Origin: Candidatus Hydrogenedentota bacterium
GTDB taxonomy: Bacteria; Hydrogenedentota; Hydrogenedentia; Hydrogenedentales; SLHB01
Reading direction: 5' to 3'
NCBI GenBank assembly: GCA_963668025.2
Contig: CAXXTH010000017.1
Location: forward strand, 1,280,001-1,344,000
DNA length: 64,000 nucleotides
Position numbers and translations under genes: made by a program. The notes beneath the pieces are model-generated. The model was not told the origin of the DNA. It saw only the letters and a list, made by a program, of their open reading frames with translations, and ran no database searches. This document shows positions 48,174 to 59,113 of the stretch, piece by piece. Every line of letters starts with the position of its first letter. The first letter of the stretch is position 1.

Positions 48174-49256
48174 ATGCACAGGAGAGGATTCACATTAATT
48201 GAGCTGTTGGTTGTGATTGCCATCATCGCGATACTTGCGGCAATCCTGCTGCCGGCTTTGGCGCGGGCTCGTGAGGCGGCGCGCCGCGCTTCTTGCGCGA
48301 GCAATCTGAAGCAGTTTGGTATTATTTTCAAGATGTATTCCAATGAGAATAAGAGCAAGTTCCCGCCGATGGCGACGAAGTCGCGGCTGGATGTCAATTC
48401 GGGCATCTTCGGATACATGCTGGGTTTCGATGGCGCGGAGTTGTATCCCGATTATTGGAATGATCCCTCGATCGTACGCTGCCCTTCGGATGCGTCAGGC
48501 GATTATGTCGGCAAAGATGTGTTCAAGATGGAATCCGATTATAACGCGATGATTGACAGGGTGGCTAAATCGACTACAGGCACTGCGGACGCGAAAAAGC
48601 TTTGCTTGGAATCCCTTCTGTCGGTTCCGATTTCTTATTGCTATAGCGGTTTCTTGGCGATGACCGAGTCCCAAATCGCGGATTATGCCTGGTCAAAAGC
48701 GAACTTCTGGTATCCGCCATATACCAAGAATATTATGGGAACCACTTCTTGCGTGTTTTCGAATGTGGATGTATCCGCTGTGGATTCGTCAGCGTGCGGC
48801 TTAAAGGTCTACACCTGTTCTTGCACGCTGCCGGACACATTGAAGTCGCTGTATAAGCCTCTTGGATTTAAAGACAACGACGGCGTGACCAATCTTCCCG
48901 ATAGTTATTATGCGCTCAAGGAAGGCGTCGAGCGTTTCATGATCACCGACATCAACAATCCCGCCGCTGGATCAAATGGCCAAAGCACCATGCCGGTCAT
49001 GTGGGATGCCTATGTGAACAACGCCACGCTGGCGGGAGCCAGCGATGCGGGTGTCGCGCGCTTCAATCACGTGCCGAGCGGTTCCAATGTGCTATACATG
49101 GATGGCCATGTGAGTTTTGTCCGGTTGAATGCCGCATCGCCGATTGGCTCGGAATTCTCAAATAAGTCCATAGCGGGAAGCACATCTGGAACCGGCCAGA
49201 TTGGCAACCAATCGTATTGGCAATGGACGCTGTCCTATATGGGCGGCATGGGTTGA
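48174..49256 (+). CDS. DUF1559 prepilin-type N-methylation / H-X9-DG domain protein
   Basis: [14 protein letters not shown]...[15 protein letters not shown] and [17 protein letters not shown]. Confidence 0.93.
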   Translation: MHRRGFTLIELLVVIAIIAILAAILLPALARAREAARRASCASNLKQFGIIFKMYSNENKSKFPPMATKSRLDVNSGIFGYMLGFDGAELYPDYWNDPSIVRCPSDASGDYVGKDVFKMESDYNAMIDRVAKSTTGTADAKKLCLESLLSVPISYCYSGFLAMTESQIADYAWSKANFWYPPYTKNIMGTTSCVFSNVDVSAVDSSACGLKVYTCSCTLPDTLKSLYKPLGFKDNDGVTNLPDSYYALKEGVERFMITDINNPAAGSNGQSTMPVMWDAYVNNATLAGASDAGVARFNHVPSGSNVLYMDGHVSFVRLNAASPIGSEFSNKSIAGSTSGTGQIGNQSYWQWTLSYMGGMG

Positions 49257-49371
49257 CATATATAAAAGTCCTATAGTGTAAAAATGTCCATCATGCAGGG
49301 GCTGGCCGTTCAAATTGTTGCCCACGAGAACGGCCAGCCCAAGCGTACATGAAAGAGGGCAAGAGTGGGAT

Positions 49372-51348
49372 ATGTTCTTCAATCGGATATTTCTAACTAT
49401 GGCGGCCATTTCCATGTTGCTTAATGCTGCATATGCCGCTGGACAGGATTATGCCCTGTCCAGCCACGTTAATGACTGGCTGCATCACTCCATTTATGGC
49501 GATCCGTCGTTTGATGCGTTCACCCATTCGAAGGGCAATCCCATTCATACCGGCGCGCCCCCACATGAGTGGCCAGTGAATTGCTTCTGCTTCGAAGACC
49601 CCGTCTCTAATAATTGGTATCTCTATATCGGTCTCTATGCGCAATTTTATACAATCGGCGATGGGAAGACCATGGAATGCCTGTTGTATCGGTCTTCCGA
49701 TAAAGGGCAATCGTGGGAAAAAATAGGGCCCGTGTTTTCCCCTGAGCCATTCTATGTCAATAACAGCAGTGCTGTGGTCGAGCATGCCCCCGATGTGTCG
49801 GTCGTGTATGCCGATGGCAAGTATCACATGGTCTACGATTTCGCCACGGCCAACACTACCTGGGACACCTATGCCGATCCCAAAGGAGGCGGGGCGGAGA
49901 GCGGAGTCGCGTATGCGGTGGCGGACAAGCCGGAAGGGCCATTCACGCGCAGCCCGGAACTGGTGTACCGGGTGAGCACGCAGCAGGCGTTGCTGGGTAA
50001 ATACCGCCGGGGTTACGCGGCTACTCTCGTGAAGCGTGAGAAGGATTGGATGGTCCTGTTCATGATGGACTCGAACATCCATTATAGCTGGGGCCTGTTC
50101 GGCGTCACCGCCCCGAAGCCGGAAGGCCCGTATTCCGCGCCAGTGCCGTTGAAGCTGGTCGAGGGGGATGACTATTATCCGCCATTATTGGAGTATTTCC
50201 CCGCGTTCGTACATGAGGGATACGTCTATTCACCCGCGACCTCCGTCGCGCTGAACCGCAATTACCAGGCCATGCTCAAGGCCCCGCTCGAGGAAGCGAT
50301 GAATCCCGATGCGTGGGAGATTTCGCAAGACGGTTCGGTGTGGCATTCGGATGCCGTTTCAAATGAATATTACGGCATATGGGGCCAGACATTTTCTGGC
50401 TTCGTGGACGGCGATACCATGCTGCAAGTGATGTATCCCTCACGCAACGCGGAAGGGATGGGGACGATCAACTGGGCGTCGCGCCCCTGGGGCCAGTTGC
50501 ACCGCGAGAACGGGTTTGCCTTGACGGCATCCCAAGGCCCGAGCACCGCATTGTTGAAACAAGGCTTCACCGCATTCCGCCTGGATGCGGAACTCCAAAT
50601 ATCGGGCGAATGCGCCGTTATATGGGACTACGCGGCAGCGCTCGAGCCGGATAAGCTCAGCTCGGACGCATCGCTCCATCACGCTTCACTGACACGGTAC
50701 AGCGCGTTATCCATCAAAGAAGCGCAATGGAGCATCGGGCAATATGACGCCCAAGGCGCGTACGCGCAACAGGCTGCAGGCAGCCTATCGGACGCGTTGC
50801 CCTCAACGGTGAAAATCGAAATCAACCGGGATGACGAAGGCGCGGTGCAGGTTGCCATCGGTGGCGAGGAAGTGTGGAGCGGCTCCATGAACGGTGCGGG
50901 CGGACTAGTGGGCTTACTGGCCCCGGCCCATTCCAACATCACGGCCACCCGGTTCAATGTCGAAGGCGATAGGATGAACGGCGGTTTATGGCTTGGAGCG
51001 GGGGATGCGATTTTAGCGGCGGGCGATGTGCCCGATAAGTGGGAGATGGCGGAAAACGCCGCGTTTCGTTTTGGGCGTGGAGCGGTTTCCCTTCTGCCCA
51101 ATTCGCGTGCTAAATGGAATTTCGTGGGAACGGGATTCGCCGTGAATGCCCCGTCGGGGCCGGAATACGGAAAAGCACGGGCGTTCCTTAATGGGGAAGA
51201 CCTTGGGGCCGTGGACTTTTATTCCGAACAAGCCCAGCCTTCCCATGTGATTTTGGAACGCAAGCATTTGAAGAACGACAAAAACGCGCTTGTCCTTAAA
51301 GATATCCAAGGCCGGATTCCGCTGGATTGCATCGAGATTTATGGTTGA
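49372..51348 (+). CDS. Secreted protein with a beta-propeller glycosidase-like N-terminal domain
   Basis: Signal peptide, HAPDVSV..DGKYHMVY, AVADKPEGPF and APKPEGPY blade motifs (GH43/GH32-like). Confidence 0.65.
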   Translation: MFFNRIFLTMAAISMLLNAAYAAGQDYALSSHVNDWLHHSIYGDPSFDAFTHSKGNPIHTGAPPHEWPVNCFCFEDPVSNNWYLYIGLYAQFYTIGDGKTMECLLYRSSDKGQSWEKIGPVFSPEPFYVNNSSAVVEHAPDVSVVYADGKYHMVYDFATANTTWDTYADPKGGGAESGVAYAVADKPEGPFTRSPELVYRVSTQQALLGKYRRGYAATLVKREKDWMVLFMMDSNIHYSWGLFGVTAPKPEGPYSAPVPLKLVEGDDYYPPLLEYFPAFVHEGYVYSPATSVALNRNYQAMLKAPLEEAMNPDAWEISQDGSVWHSDAVSNEYYGIWGQTFSGFVDGDTMLQVMYPSRNAEGMGTINWASRPWGQLHRENGFALTASQGPSTALLKQGFTAFRLDAELQISGECAVIWDYAAALEPDKLSSDASLHHASLTRYSALSIKEAQWSIGQYDAQGAYAQQAAGSLSDALPSTVKIEINRDDEGAVQVAIGGEEVWSGSMNGAGGLVGLLAPAHSNITATRFNVEGDRMNGGLWLGAGDAILAAGDVPDKWEMAENAAFRFGRGAVSLLPNSRAKWNFVGTGFAVNAPSGPEYGKARAFLNGEDLGAVDFYSEQAQPSHVILERKHLKNDKNALVLKDIQGRIPLDCIEIYG

Positions 51349-51382
51349 GATAGTAGCGTGAAGTGACGCATCTGGAGGTAGT

Positions 51383-53461
51383 ATGACATCGAGCTTTTTC
51401 CGATTGAATATCGCGGCTTATGCGGTGATAAGCGCTGTGCTATGCTGTATTGTGAGCATTGCGGACGATGCTGTTGGGGGAACGGATGGCATGATACAGG
51501 TGAAGCAATCGATTCTCGTTATATATGACAGCCAAGCATCGTCCGTGGAGAAAAATGCAGCCGATGCGTTTGCCAATCGGCTGCGATTGCGCAGCGGCTT
51601 GGATGTAACGGTGGCTGGCCAGGAAGAAGCGCGCGGCTTGCAGGAAGCGGATGCAAAAGCCTACGGCTTTTTGATTTTAGCGGCGACGGCAGGTTCGAAT
51701 GGTGTTCTAGAAGCGGTGGATGTCCTCTCATCTTCAAAGCCAGAAGGCTTTTCCATTGATATAGGCCGCAGTGCAGGATGGGCCTTGGCCTCCTTCCCTG
51801 GGGTGGCGCATCGGGCGGTGGTATGTGGAAATGACAGCCGGGGCGTGCTGTACGGTTTAGGCAAGCTGCTCCGGCTTATGGACTTCACGAGCCCAGGTTT
51901 TTCCATACAACCGCAAAAATGCGAGGAATCTCCCGCGACGGCACAGCGGGGCGTTTATTTCGCCACGCACTTTAATAACTTCTACGAAAGCGCCCCCATC
52001 GAGGAGATCGAAGCGTACATCGAAGATATGGCGCTTTGGGGATTCAACTCCATCTGGACCTGGTTTGATATGGGGTGGTATCCCGAAGGTTTTTGGGACG
52101 ACCCAAACAGCAAGGGGACGGAGCTGCTGAACCGTATTCGGCGGATTAATGATAAAACCCGCAGCTTGGGATTAACCGCCGGTTTGACGACTGTCGCCAA
52201 TGAAGGTTTCAAATCGCAGCCGCCTAAAGAGCTTCTCGCCGATATGTCGGATAAGCGGGGCGGTTTCTACCCGGAATCGACCATCTGCCCCAGCAAGCCG
52301 GGCGGCATGGAATTAATACTGAAAGACCGCTGCAAGATTTTAGAATTGATCGGGCCTATTGACGCCTATATCACGTGGCCATACGATCAGGGAGGCTGCG
52401 GCTGCGCACAATGCCGCCCTTGGGCGCGCACCTTCATGAAGATCAATCCGGTGATCGCTACGGAAGTCCGGCGGCTGAATCCTAACGTGAAGATTCTTGT
52501 TTCCACCTGGTATTTCAACGCGGAAGAGATGCAGTCGTTTCTTTCCGAGATGAAAACCGGGCCGTTCCCGTATGACGGGATCCTAACGGAAACGAAATGG
52601 CTGGATGCGTTTGAATTCCCCACGGACGGTGAGCGAGTGGTGTTTCCTGAGATCAGCATGGAAGGCAGCCTGTTCTGCGGCTACGGTGCGAGCGGCGCCA
52701 ATCCGATTCAATCCAAGTTCAGCACCGATGCTAAAAAAACGGCGGAACGGGGATTTGGCGCGCTGCTCTATTCCGAGGGCATATATGAAGACCTGAATAA
52801 AATCATCTGGGCATGCACGTTATGGAATCCGGCGCGTGGCGTGGACGACATACTTGACGAATATGCCCGTTTCTATTTCGAGCCCGCCGCGGCCGCCGAC
52901 TGGGCTGCCCTCATTAATGGACTAGAAAAGACATGGCCCCCAGAAGCCTTGCCCGATAAAAGCACGGCGGCAGTTCAGCAGCTTTTTGAATTGGCTGGGC
53001 GGCTGGGCGCTTCCGCGCATGATCCCATCGGCAAGACTCGCTGGCAGTATTTTATGGACCGGGCCGAGATGGATTGGCGCATGGTGCAGATAGGCTCGGA
53101 TATGGAGCTGCTTCGTGAAGCCAAAACCCTCCTTACGGATATTGGGTATTCACGCACTCCTGGCGAGCTGCGGCCATCGGTCCAAACGCTTCGCGATAAA
53201 GCCGCCGCTCGAGCGCAAGCCATCGAAGGGCTGTTTCAGTTTCATTGGGAGTATTTGGAGCGGGCGCATCTCGAGCAGACCACTGCGCTGGTATTGACGC
53301 CTCCTACGTTCATTGGCCAAAGAGACTGGGATTACCTCGAACGCATACTAGATGAAGCGCTGAAAGAAAAAGACGGCGGGCAAATGCGCCTGGCGATTCT
53401 CAAAGGATTTAAACAATGGTTCTGGCACAACAACATCACAATGGATTTCTGTTTTCTTTAG
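51383..53461 (+). CDS. Secreted glycoside-hydrolase-like protein with a GH20/GH67-type N-terminal domain
   Basis: EGFSI...GNDSRGVLYGLG.LLR...RGVY, then a barrel-like region with WPYDQGGCGC..C. Confidence 0.65.
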   Translation: MTSSFFRLNIAAYAVISAVLCCIVSIADDAVGGTDGMIQVKQSILVIYDSQASSVEKNAADAFANRLRLRSGLDVTVAGQEEARGLQEADAKAYGFLILAATAGSNGVLEAVDVLSSSKPEGFSIDIGRSAGWALASFPGVAHRAVVCGNDSRGVLYGLGKLLRLMDFTSPGFSIQPQKCEESPATAQRGVYFATHFNNFYESAPIEEIEAYIEDMALWGFNSIWTWFDMGWYPEGFWDDPNSKGTELLNRIRRINDKTRSLGLTAGLTTVANEGFKSQPPKELLADMSDKRGGFYPESTICPSKPGGMELILKDRCKILELIGPIDAYITWPYDQGGCGCAQCRPWARTFMKINPVIATEVRRLNPNVKILVSTWYFNAEEMQSFLSEMKTGPFPYDGILTETKWLDAFEFPTDGERVVFPEISMEGSLFCGYGASGANPIQSKFSTDAKKTAERGFGALLYSEGIYEDLNKIIWACTLWNPARGVDDILDEYARFYFEPAAAADWAALINGLEKTWPPEALPDKSTAAVQQLFELAGRLGASAHDPIGKTRWQYFMDRAEMDWRMVQIGSDMELLREAKTLLTDIGYSRTPGELRPSVQTLRDKAAARAQAIEGLFQFHWEYLERAHLEQTTALVLTPPTFIGQRDWDYLERILDEALKEKDGGQMRLAILKGFKQWFWHNNITMDFCFL

Positions 53462-53485
53462 TCCAAAATAGGAGGTTTCAAGAAA

Positions 53486-54862
53486 ATGTCGGATAAGCCA
53501 TTTTCAACGTTAGCATGGGGTTCAGTCGATCTGGCGCAGTACCCGCATATCGTTACAACGCCGCCCGGGCCGAAATCGAAGGAATACCATACCCGGTGTA
53601 CGAAGTATTTCAAAGGGCTGAGCGGGCAGGTCAAGCTGTTTCCCGTGGTCTTCGAGTCCGGTGAAGGCTGTGTGTTGCGGGATGTGGACGGCAATGAATA
53701 CATTGACTTTTCATCTGGCATTTATGTGACGACGCTTGGCCATTGCCATCCCAAAGTTACGGAAGCGATTGCCAAGTATGCGGGCACGTTGATGAACGCG
53801 CACGACTTCGTGACTCCGATCAAGACGCTGCTTTGCGAGAAGCTTGCCGAGATTTTGCCGGAAGGCCTGACAGGCTACCAGTTCTATGATTCCGGCACGG
53901 CGGCGGTCGAGGCGGGCTTGCGCGTACTGCGCGCTGCTTCGGGGAAAAACGAGATCATCAGCGCATTCTATGATTTCCATGGAAAAACGCAGGGTGCGGT
54001 GTCCCTTGGCCATATTCGCGCCCGTTGTTATGGCGCGACGCGCGTGCCGGGCATGCATATGGTGCCGCGTCCTGACACCTATCGTCCCATGTGGACAAAA
54101 GCGGATGGCTCGATTGACACGGATAAATACATCGAATTCTACGACCAATACCTCGATCGTGCGACCGTTCATGATGTGGCCGGTTTCTGTCTGGAGCCTA
54201 TTCAGGGTTGGGGCGGTTCTGTTATGCCCCCGGACGATTTCTTCCCGAAACTCCGTAAATTCTGCGACGAGAAGAAAATCCTGTTGATGGCGGATGAAGT
54301 CCTCACCAGTTTTGGCCGCACCGGCAAATGGCTGTGCATGGAAAACTGGGGCGTGACGCCCGATGTGGTCACGATGGGCAAAGGCTTTGGCAACGGATTC
54401 CCGGTCACCTGCGTCGCGGTGCGCGAGCCGTATAAAGAGAGTTTCGAGGCGATATCCGCATCGAGCAGTTACGGCGGCAATCCCATGGCGTGCGCGGCGG
54501 CCCTCGCCTGTATCGAGATCATCGAGGAAGACAACCTGCTGGAACACGCCCAGCGGCTGGGTGAAGTCGCCGCGAAGCGCATGGCCCGTATGAAGGAAGA
54601 GCACAAGATAGTCGGCGACGTGCGGGTGATGGGCTGCCTGATGGGCATCGAACTCGTCAAGGACAAAGCCACGAAAGAGCCGTTTGACGAGGCCGGAAAA
54701 CGGGTGTATCAGAATGCATTCCGTAAAGGCCTTGCATGGATACCCGCTGGCCATATTCTTCGGATGAGCCCGCCTATCGTGATGGATGAAGCCACCTTGC
54801 TCAAAGGCCTGGACATGATCGATGAGGCGATCGGCGAAACGGAGAAGGAACTCGCATCGTGA
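53486..54862 (+). CDS. Class III PLP-dependent aminotransferase
   Basis: DVDGNEYIDF, LGHCHP, FHGKT, EPIQG.GG, ADEV.TSFGRTG, GKGFGNG, YGGNP. Confidence 0.95.
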   Translation: MSDKPFSTLAWGSVDLAQYPHIVTTPPGPKSKEYHTRCTKYFKGLSGQVKLFPVVFESGEGCVLRDVDGNEYIDFSSGIYVTTLGHCHPKVTEAIAKYAGTLMNAHDFVTPIKTLLCEKLAEILPEGLTGYQFYDSGTAAVEAGLRVLRAASGKNEIISAFYDFHGKTQGAVSLGHIRARCYGATRVPGMHMVPRPDTYRPMWTKADGSIDTDKYIEFYDQYLDRATVHDVAGFCLEPIQGWGGSVMPPDDFFPKLRKFCDEKKILLMADEVLTSFGRTGKWLCMENWGVTPDVVTMGKGFGNGFPVTCVAVREPYKESFEAISASSSYGGNPMACAAALACIEIIEEDNLLEHAQRLGEVAAKRMARMKEEHKIVGDVRVMGCLMGIELVKDKATKEPFDEAGKRVYQNAFRKGLAWIPAGHILRMSPPIVMDEATLLKGLDMIDEAIGETEKELAS

Positions 54863-56022
54863 CGAAACCGGAATTAGGCGTGGGCATTCTTGGGTTCGGC
54901 TTCATGGGCCGGACCCATACCTATGGCTTGGTGAATCTGCCCTTGTTTTACGAGCCGCTTCCGTTCCGGGTGAAGCACGTGTCGGTCTGCACGCCAGTGC
55001 CAGCCGAACAGGAGACGGCGCAATCCATGGGGTATTACCACAAAGTGGTGGCGGATTACCGCGAACTCATTGATGATCCCGAGATCAATGTCATCACGGT
55101 GAGTTCGCCCAATAAATTCCACAAGGAACAGCTCATCGCCGCGATTCAGGCCGGCAAACATGTCTATTGCGACAAGCCGGTGGCGGCGTCTATTCAAGAC
55201 GCGGAAGAAGTGCTCGATGTGATGAAGCAAACCGGGTACCGAGGCAAGAGCCAAGTCGCCCTGCAATACCGCTTCTTCCCGGCGACGATGCGCGCCAAGC
55301 AATTGATTGACGAGGGATTTCTGGGGCGGGTGTTCCACTATCGCGGCGGATACCTGCACTCGAGCAACATCAATCCCAAAAAGCCGATCAACTGGAAGTC
55401 CGATAAAGGGCAAGGCGGCGGCGGGTCGCTGTTCGACATGGGCGCGCACACCTTGGACATGATGACCTATCTGCTCGGTGACATCACCCAGATCAATGCC
55501 CTGTGCGAGACCTTCATCAAACAACGCCCGAGCAAAGAAACGGGGGAGATGGTGTCCGTGGACACCGACGACGCCGCGCTGATGATGCTGCGCCATGCGA
55601 ATGGCGCGGTGGGCATGCTCGAGGCCACTAAATTCGCTACGGGCATTTGCGATGAATTGCGGTTCGAAATACACGGAGAGCTAGGCGCGATACGATTCAA
55701 TCTCATGGCTCCCAATTGGCTGGAGGTGTATGACGTGCGCGATTCGGATTCTCCCATGGGCGGGATGCGGGGCTTTAAGCGCATCGAGTGTGTGCAGCAA
55801 TTCCCGAAACCTGGCGGCGGGTTTCCCAATCCGAAATTTAGTATTGGGTGGATTCGCGCCCACATGCATTGCATGTATAGTTTTTTGGCGAGCATTGCAA
55901 ACGACACCGTTCCCCGTCCCACGCTGGAAGAGGGCATTCAACTCCAGCGGGTGATGGCCGCCGGATACCGCTCCGCGGAATCGGGGAGATGGGTCCAGCC
56001 TTCGGATATTGCTGTTTCTTAG
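54859..56022 (+). CDS. Gfo/Idh/MocA family oxidoreductase
   Basis: GFGFMG, GKHVYCDKP, GGGSLFDMGAH; GTGA overlap with the aminotransferase. Confidence 0.93.
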   Translation: MTKPELGVGILGFGFMGRTHTYGLVNLPLFYEPLPFRVKHVSVCTPVPAEQETAQSMGYYHKVVADYRELIDDPEINVITVSSPNKFHKEQLIAAIQAGKHVYCDKPVAASIQDAEEVLDVMKQTGYRGKSQVALQYRFFPATMRAKQLIDEGFLGRVFHYRGGYLHSSNINPKKPINWKSDKGQGGGGSLFDMGAHTLDMMTYLLGDITQINALCETFIKQRPSKETGEMVSVDTDDAALMMLRHANGAVGMLEATKFATGICDELRFEIHGELGAIRFNLMAPNWLEVYDVRDSDSPMGGMRGFKRIECVQQFPKPGGGFPNPKFSIGWIRAHMHCMYSFLASIANDTVPRPTLEEGIQLQRVMAAGYRSAESGRWVQPSDIAVS

Positions 56023-56108
56023 GATGGTTGCCGGTAAACACGCCTGGCTATTCGCCATGAGGTAATGGCGCATAGCCAGGCAAATGCATGAAAGGGAGAT
56101 CGTTCATC

Positions 56109-57500
56109 ATGAGCGCGGGATCAGGAGAATATAAAGATTCAGGCCAAGCAAGCGCAGGCTATTTGTACTTCCTGTCCATTACAGCAGCAATGGGCGGTTT
56201 TTTGTTTGGATATGACTTGAACATCATTACGGGTTCGATGCTCTATTTGCAGGATTATTTCCACATTGAGAGCGCCGAGCTGGGCTTATTAACCAGCAGC
56301 GCCGTGTTTGGCTGCATTTTCGGGCCAATAGTAGCAGTGTGGATGGCCGATTCGCTGGGGCGGCGCAATTCGTTGTATGTAGCGGGCGTCCTGTTCTTCA
56401 TCTCGGCCGTGTGGAGCGCATTAGCGACTACCATACCTACATTCAATATTGCGCGGGCTATTGGCGGTATCGGAGTCGGCATTGCCACGGGCGTATCGCC
56501 GATGTATATCGCGGAGATTTCGCCGGCCCGGCTTCGCGGGAGAATGGTTACAATAAACCAGTTGTCCATTGTCGTGGGCATTGTGTTATCCGTGGTGGTG
56601 GCGCTTTGGCTTTCGTATGGCGGCCATTGGCGCTGGATGTTCGCTTCCGAATGTGTTCCCATCATCCTTTTAATGGTCGGCCTGATGTTCATCCCACGCA
56701 GCCCCCGCTGGCTTGCATCTAAAGGCAAAGACACTGAAGCCATGAAGGTGCTCACTTTTATTAATGGCGCGGAGCAGGCGGCGAAAGAAATAAAAGAGAT
56801 CAAATCCGAACTCGGACAAGAAGTGGGCTCGTTCAAGGAACTCCTTCAGCCGGGTATTCGCTATGCCTTGGTGGTGGCCTGCATTCTCATGATCTTTCAA
56901 CAGATCAATGGCGTGAATATGATACTGCTCTATGCCTCGAAGATATTAGTCGAAGCGGGCATTGGCAGCATATCGAACGCCCTGCTCAATTCGTTGTACG
57001 TCTATTTCTTGATTTTGCTTTGCACCGTGTTTTCTTTTTATATCGTAGCGAAATTCCCACGCCGCAAGATCATCATGGTGGGAGTCACGGGCATGGCCGT
57101 TGGCCACCTGTGCATGGCCTTTGCATTTTATAGCCAGATCTCCCCGTATGTAAACTTGCTGGCGATGCTGATCGCCACGGGCTCCTTCACGCTCACATTT
57201 GCTCCTCTTGGCTGGGTGGTGGTTTCTGAGATTTTCCCCAACCGCGTGCGCGGCAAATGCATGGGCATTGTGACATTCTTCCTCTTCACCTCCTCGTTCT
57301 TCTGCTCCTGGGCATTTCCTAATATCACCGATTATTTTGAAAAGCAATTTGGCACGCAAGCAGGCGCGTACATTTTCTTCGCCTGTATTTGCATGGCATG
57401 CGTGGGATTTGTCTGGAAATATATCCCCGAGACCAAAGACCTAACTTTAGAAGAGATCGGCCAGTTCTGGCTCAACCGTGGCCGGAATAGCGGGAAGTAA
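56109..57500 (+). CDS. Sugar porter family MFS transporter
   Basis: GGFLFGYD, DSLGRR, YIAEISP..RGR, PRSPRWL, QQINGVN, SEIFP, PETK. Confidence 0.95.
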   Translation: MSAGSGEYKDSGQASAGYLYFLSITAAMGGFLFGYDLNIITGSMLYLQDYFHIESAELGLLTSSAVFGCIFGPIVAVWMADSLGRRNSLYVAGVLFFISAVWSALATTIPTFNIARAIGGIGVGIATGVSPMYIAEISPARLRGRMVTINQLSIVVGIVLSVVVALWLSYGGHWRWMFASECVPIILLMVGLMFIPRSPRWLASKGKDTEAMKVLTFINGAEQAAKEIKEIKSELGQEVGSFKELLQPGIRYALVVACILMIFQQINGVNMILLYASKILVEAGIGSISNALLNSLYVYFLILLCTVFSFYIVAKFPRRKIIMVGVTGMAVGHLCMAFAFYSQISPYVNLLAMLIATGSFTLTFAPLGWVVVSEIFPNRVRGKCMGIVTFFLFTSSFFCSWAFPNITDYFEKQFGTQAGAYIFFACICMACVGFVWKYIPETKDLTLEEIGQFWLNRGRNSGK

Positions 57501-57522
57501 GCGCAGCGGATAGACACGGAAA

Positions 57523-57558
57523 GCGCAGGATGGAGGCTGAGCCATCCTGCGTTTTTTT
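57523..57558 (+). terminator. Intrinsic terminator between convergent operons
   Basis: GCGCAGGATGG-N8-CCATCCTGCGT followed by a T run. Confidence 0.85.
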
Positions 57559-57578
57559 GATGCTTTGCGTGGTGCTAT

Positions 57579-58616
57579 TTATGACGCCTTAAAGGATTCG
57601 AGCAAGGCCCAGCCGGATTCAATGAACTGGGACAGTGTCCGTTGTGTGACTCCGAATGTGATGAATTCTTCCGGCTTTAATCCGTCCGGTTCATACGCGC
57701 GCACAAATTCTGGGATGGTCATTAAGCGTTCCATCACATCGGGCTCGATCTCCGTATCGATGCCGATGGCCCTTGGCATATCAGGCGCTAAAATCATTTT
57801 CTTGATCTTAGGATGAATCGACATAATGAGTTTACCGCCCGCAAGCCCCGCCATGTGATGCGGGCCCCGCAACGCGGCGACGATCAGGTTCGCACCATAT
57901 CCCCGTTCTTCATACAGATGCAGCGCCCGTTTGGTGATCGCCAAACCTGCTTGGCGGATGTCGGATTCCGTGGCCGCGGATCTCCGGTCTTGCGCCACTT
58001 CACGAAGATAATCGTCAATGCGGCCAATCATGATCACCGGAAAACACTTAGCAGGCTTGATCCCGGCCTGTCGCGCACGGGCTTGGCCTTGTTGATACCT
58101 CACAGCCACTTCAAGGACTTGCGGCACGGAAAAGCTTACTGTCGCCGCGACCGTGATGCCTTCGGCTACACAGTCTTCTAGAACATCCAGCCCGGCGGCG
58201 GTGGCGGGGAGCTTGACCGCGACATTAGGGGCCCAGGAATGAAAGCGCTTCGCGAGCGCCATCATGGATTCACGATCCCCAGCCTTGGATGGATTCACTT
58301 GTGCGCAGATATACCCCTGTTCGCCAGCGGTCTGTTCATACAAGGGCATAAGCGCCTGTGCGCCTGTTTTGACGACCCGGCTCGTTAGCATTTCCGCCAG
58401 TTCCACGGGCTTCAGCCCGCTGGAAGCTTCGCGCAGCCCTTCTTTCCAGGAATCCGGGCAAGAGCGAATCGCTTGATACGCCAGCGGGGGATTAGTGGTG
58501 ATGCCTACAGCGCCGCAAGCCAAAGCGTTTTGAAGCTCGTCTTCTTCTCCGGAATCGAGCCACCATGTGGTGGGCGTTTCGCTGGCAAGCCAGCAGAGGT
58601 AGCAATGATCAGGCAT
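57579..58616 (-). CDS. Transaldolase/FSA family protein
   Basis: WLDS, GITTNP, VKLPAT (Schiff-base Lys), IGRIDD; AAGGAG RBS before ATG 58616. Confidence 0.88.
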   Translation of the reverse strand: MPDHCYLCWLASETPTTWWLDSGEEDELQNALACGAVGITTNPPLAYQAIRSCPDSWKEGLREASSGLKPVELAEMLTSRVVKTGAQALMPLYEQTAGEQGYICAQVNPSKAGDRESMMALAKRFHSWAPNVAVKLPATAAGLDVLEDCVAEGITVAATVSFSVPQVLEVAVRYQQGQARARQAGIKPAKCFPVIMIGRIDDYLREVAQDRRSAATESDIRQAGLAITKRALHLYEERGYGANLIVAALRGPHHMAGLAGGKLIMSIHPKIKKMILAPDMPRAIGIDTEIEPDVMERLMTIPEFVRAYEPDGLKPEEFITFGVTQRTLSQFIESGWALLESFKAS

Positions 58617-58645
58617 GATGATCTCCTTTTGAAAAACATGTATGG

Positions 58646-59086
58646 TTATTGTTTTCGGCAAAAAATCTCGCAGGTTTCACCGTCTGGCCCATAAAAATAG
58701 GCCACCCAAACGCCTGGGCGGTATTCCAGCGGTTCGTTATAGAACGCGACGCCGCCAGATTTGAGTCTGTCGTAATCCGCGTGTATATCCGCCGATACGA
58801 AACCCAGGTGTGAAAAACCGATATCCGATTGGGTGCGCTCTTGCGGAATGGGGCGGCCTCTGGGATCAAAATATTCAAACAATTCAATCGTTTTATCGCC
58901 CAGCGTCATTATGGCGATGCGCGCATCGCATCCCGGCAATCCTACGACTTCTCCTAACCGGATATCCGGCGGGCATTCGATAATGCGGGACAGTTGAAAT
59001 CCAAGCATGTCCCGGTAAAATGAGATGGAGCGCTCCAGGCTGCTCACGCTAAGCCCTGTATGTTCGAGTTCAATATTCATGTTCAT
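58646..59086 (-). CDS. VOC (glyoxalase-like) family protein
   Basis: HTGLSVSSLERSISFY, IELFEY, HLGF, GPDGETCE metal ligands. Confidence 0.9.
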   Translation of the reverse strand: MNMNIELEHTGLSVSSLERSISFYRDMLGFQLSRIIECPPDIRLGEVVGLPGCDARIAIMTLGDKTIELFEYFDPRGRPIPQERTQSDIGFSHLGFVSADIHADYDRLKSGGVAFYNEPLEYRPGVWVAYFYGPDGETCEIFCRKQ

Positions 59087-59113
59087 ATTCCTTGAGGCGT
59101 TACGCATGAGGAA

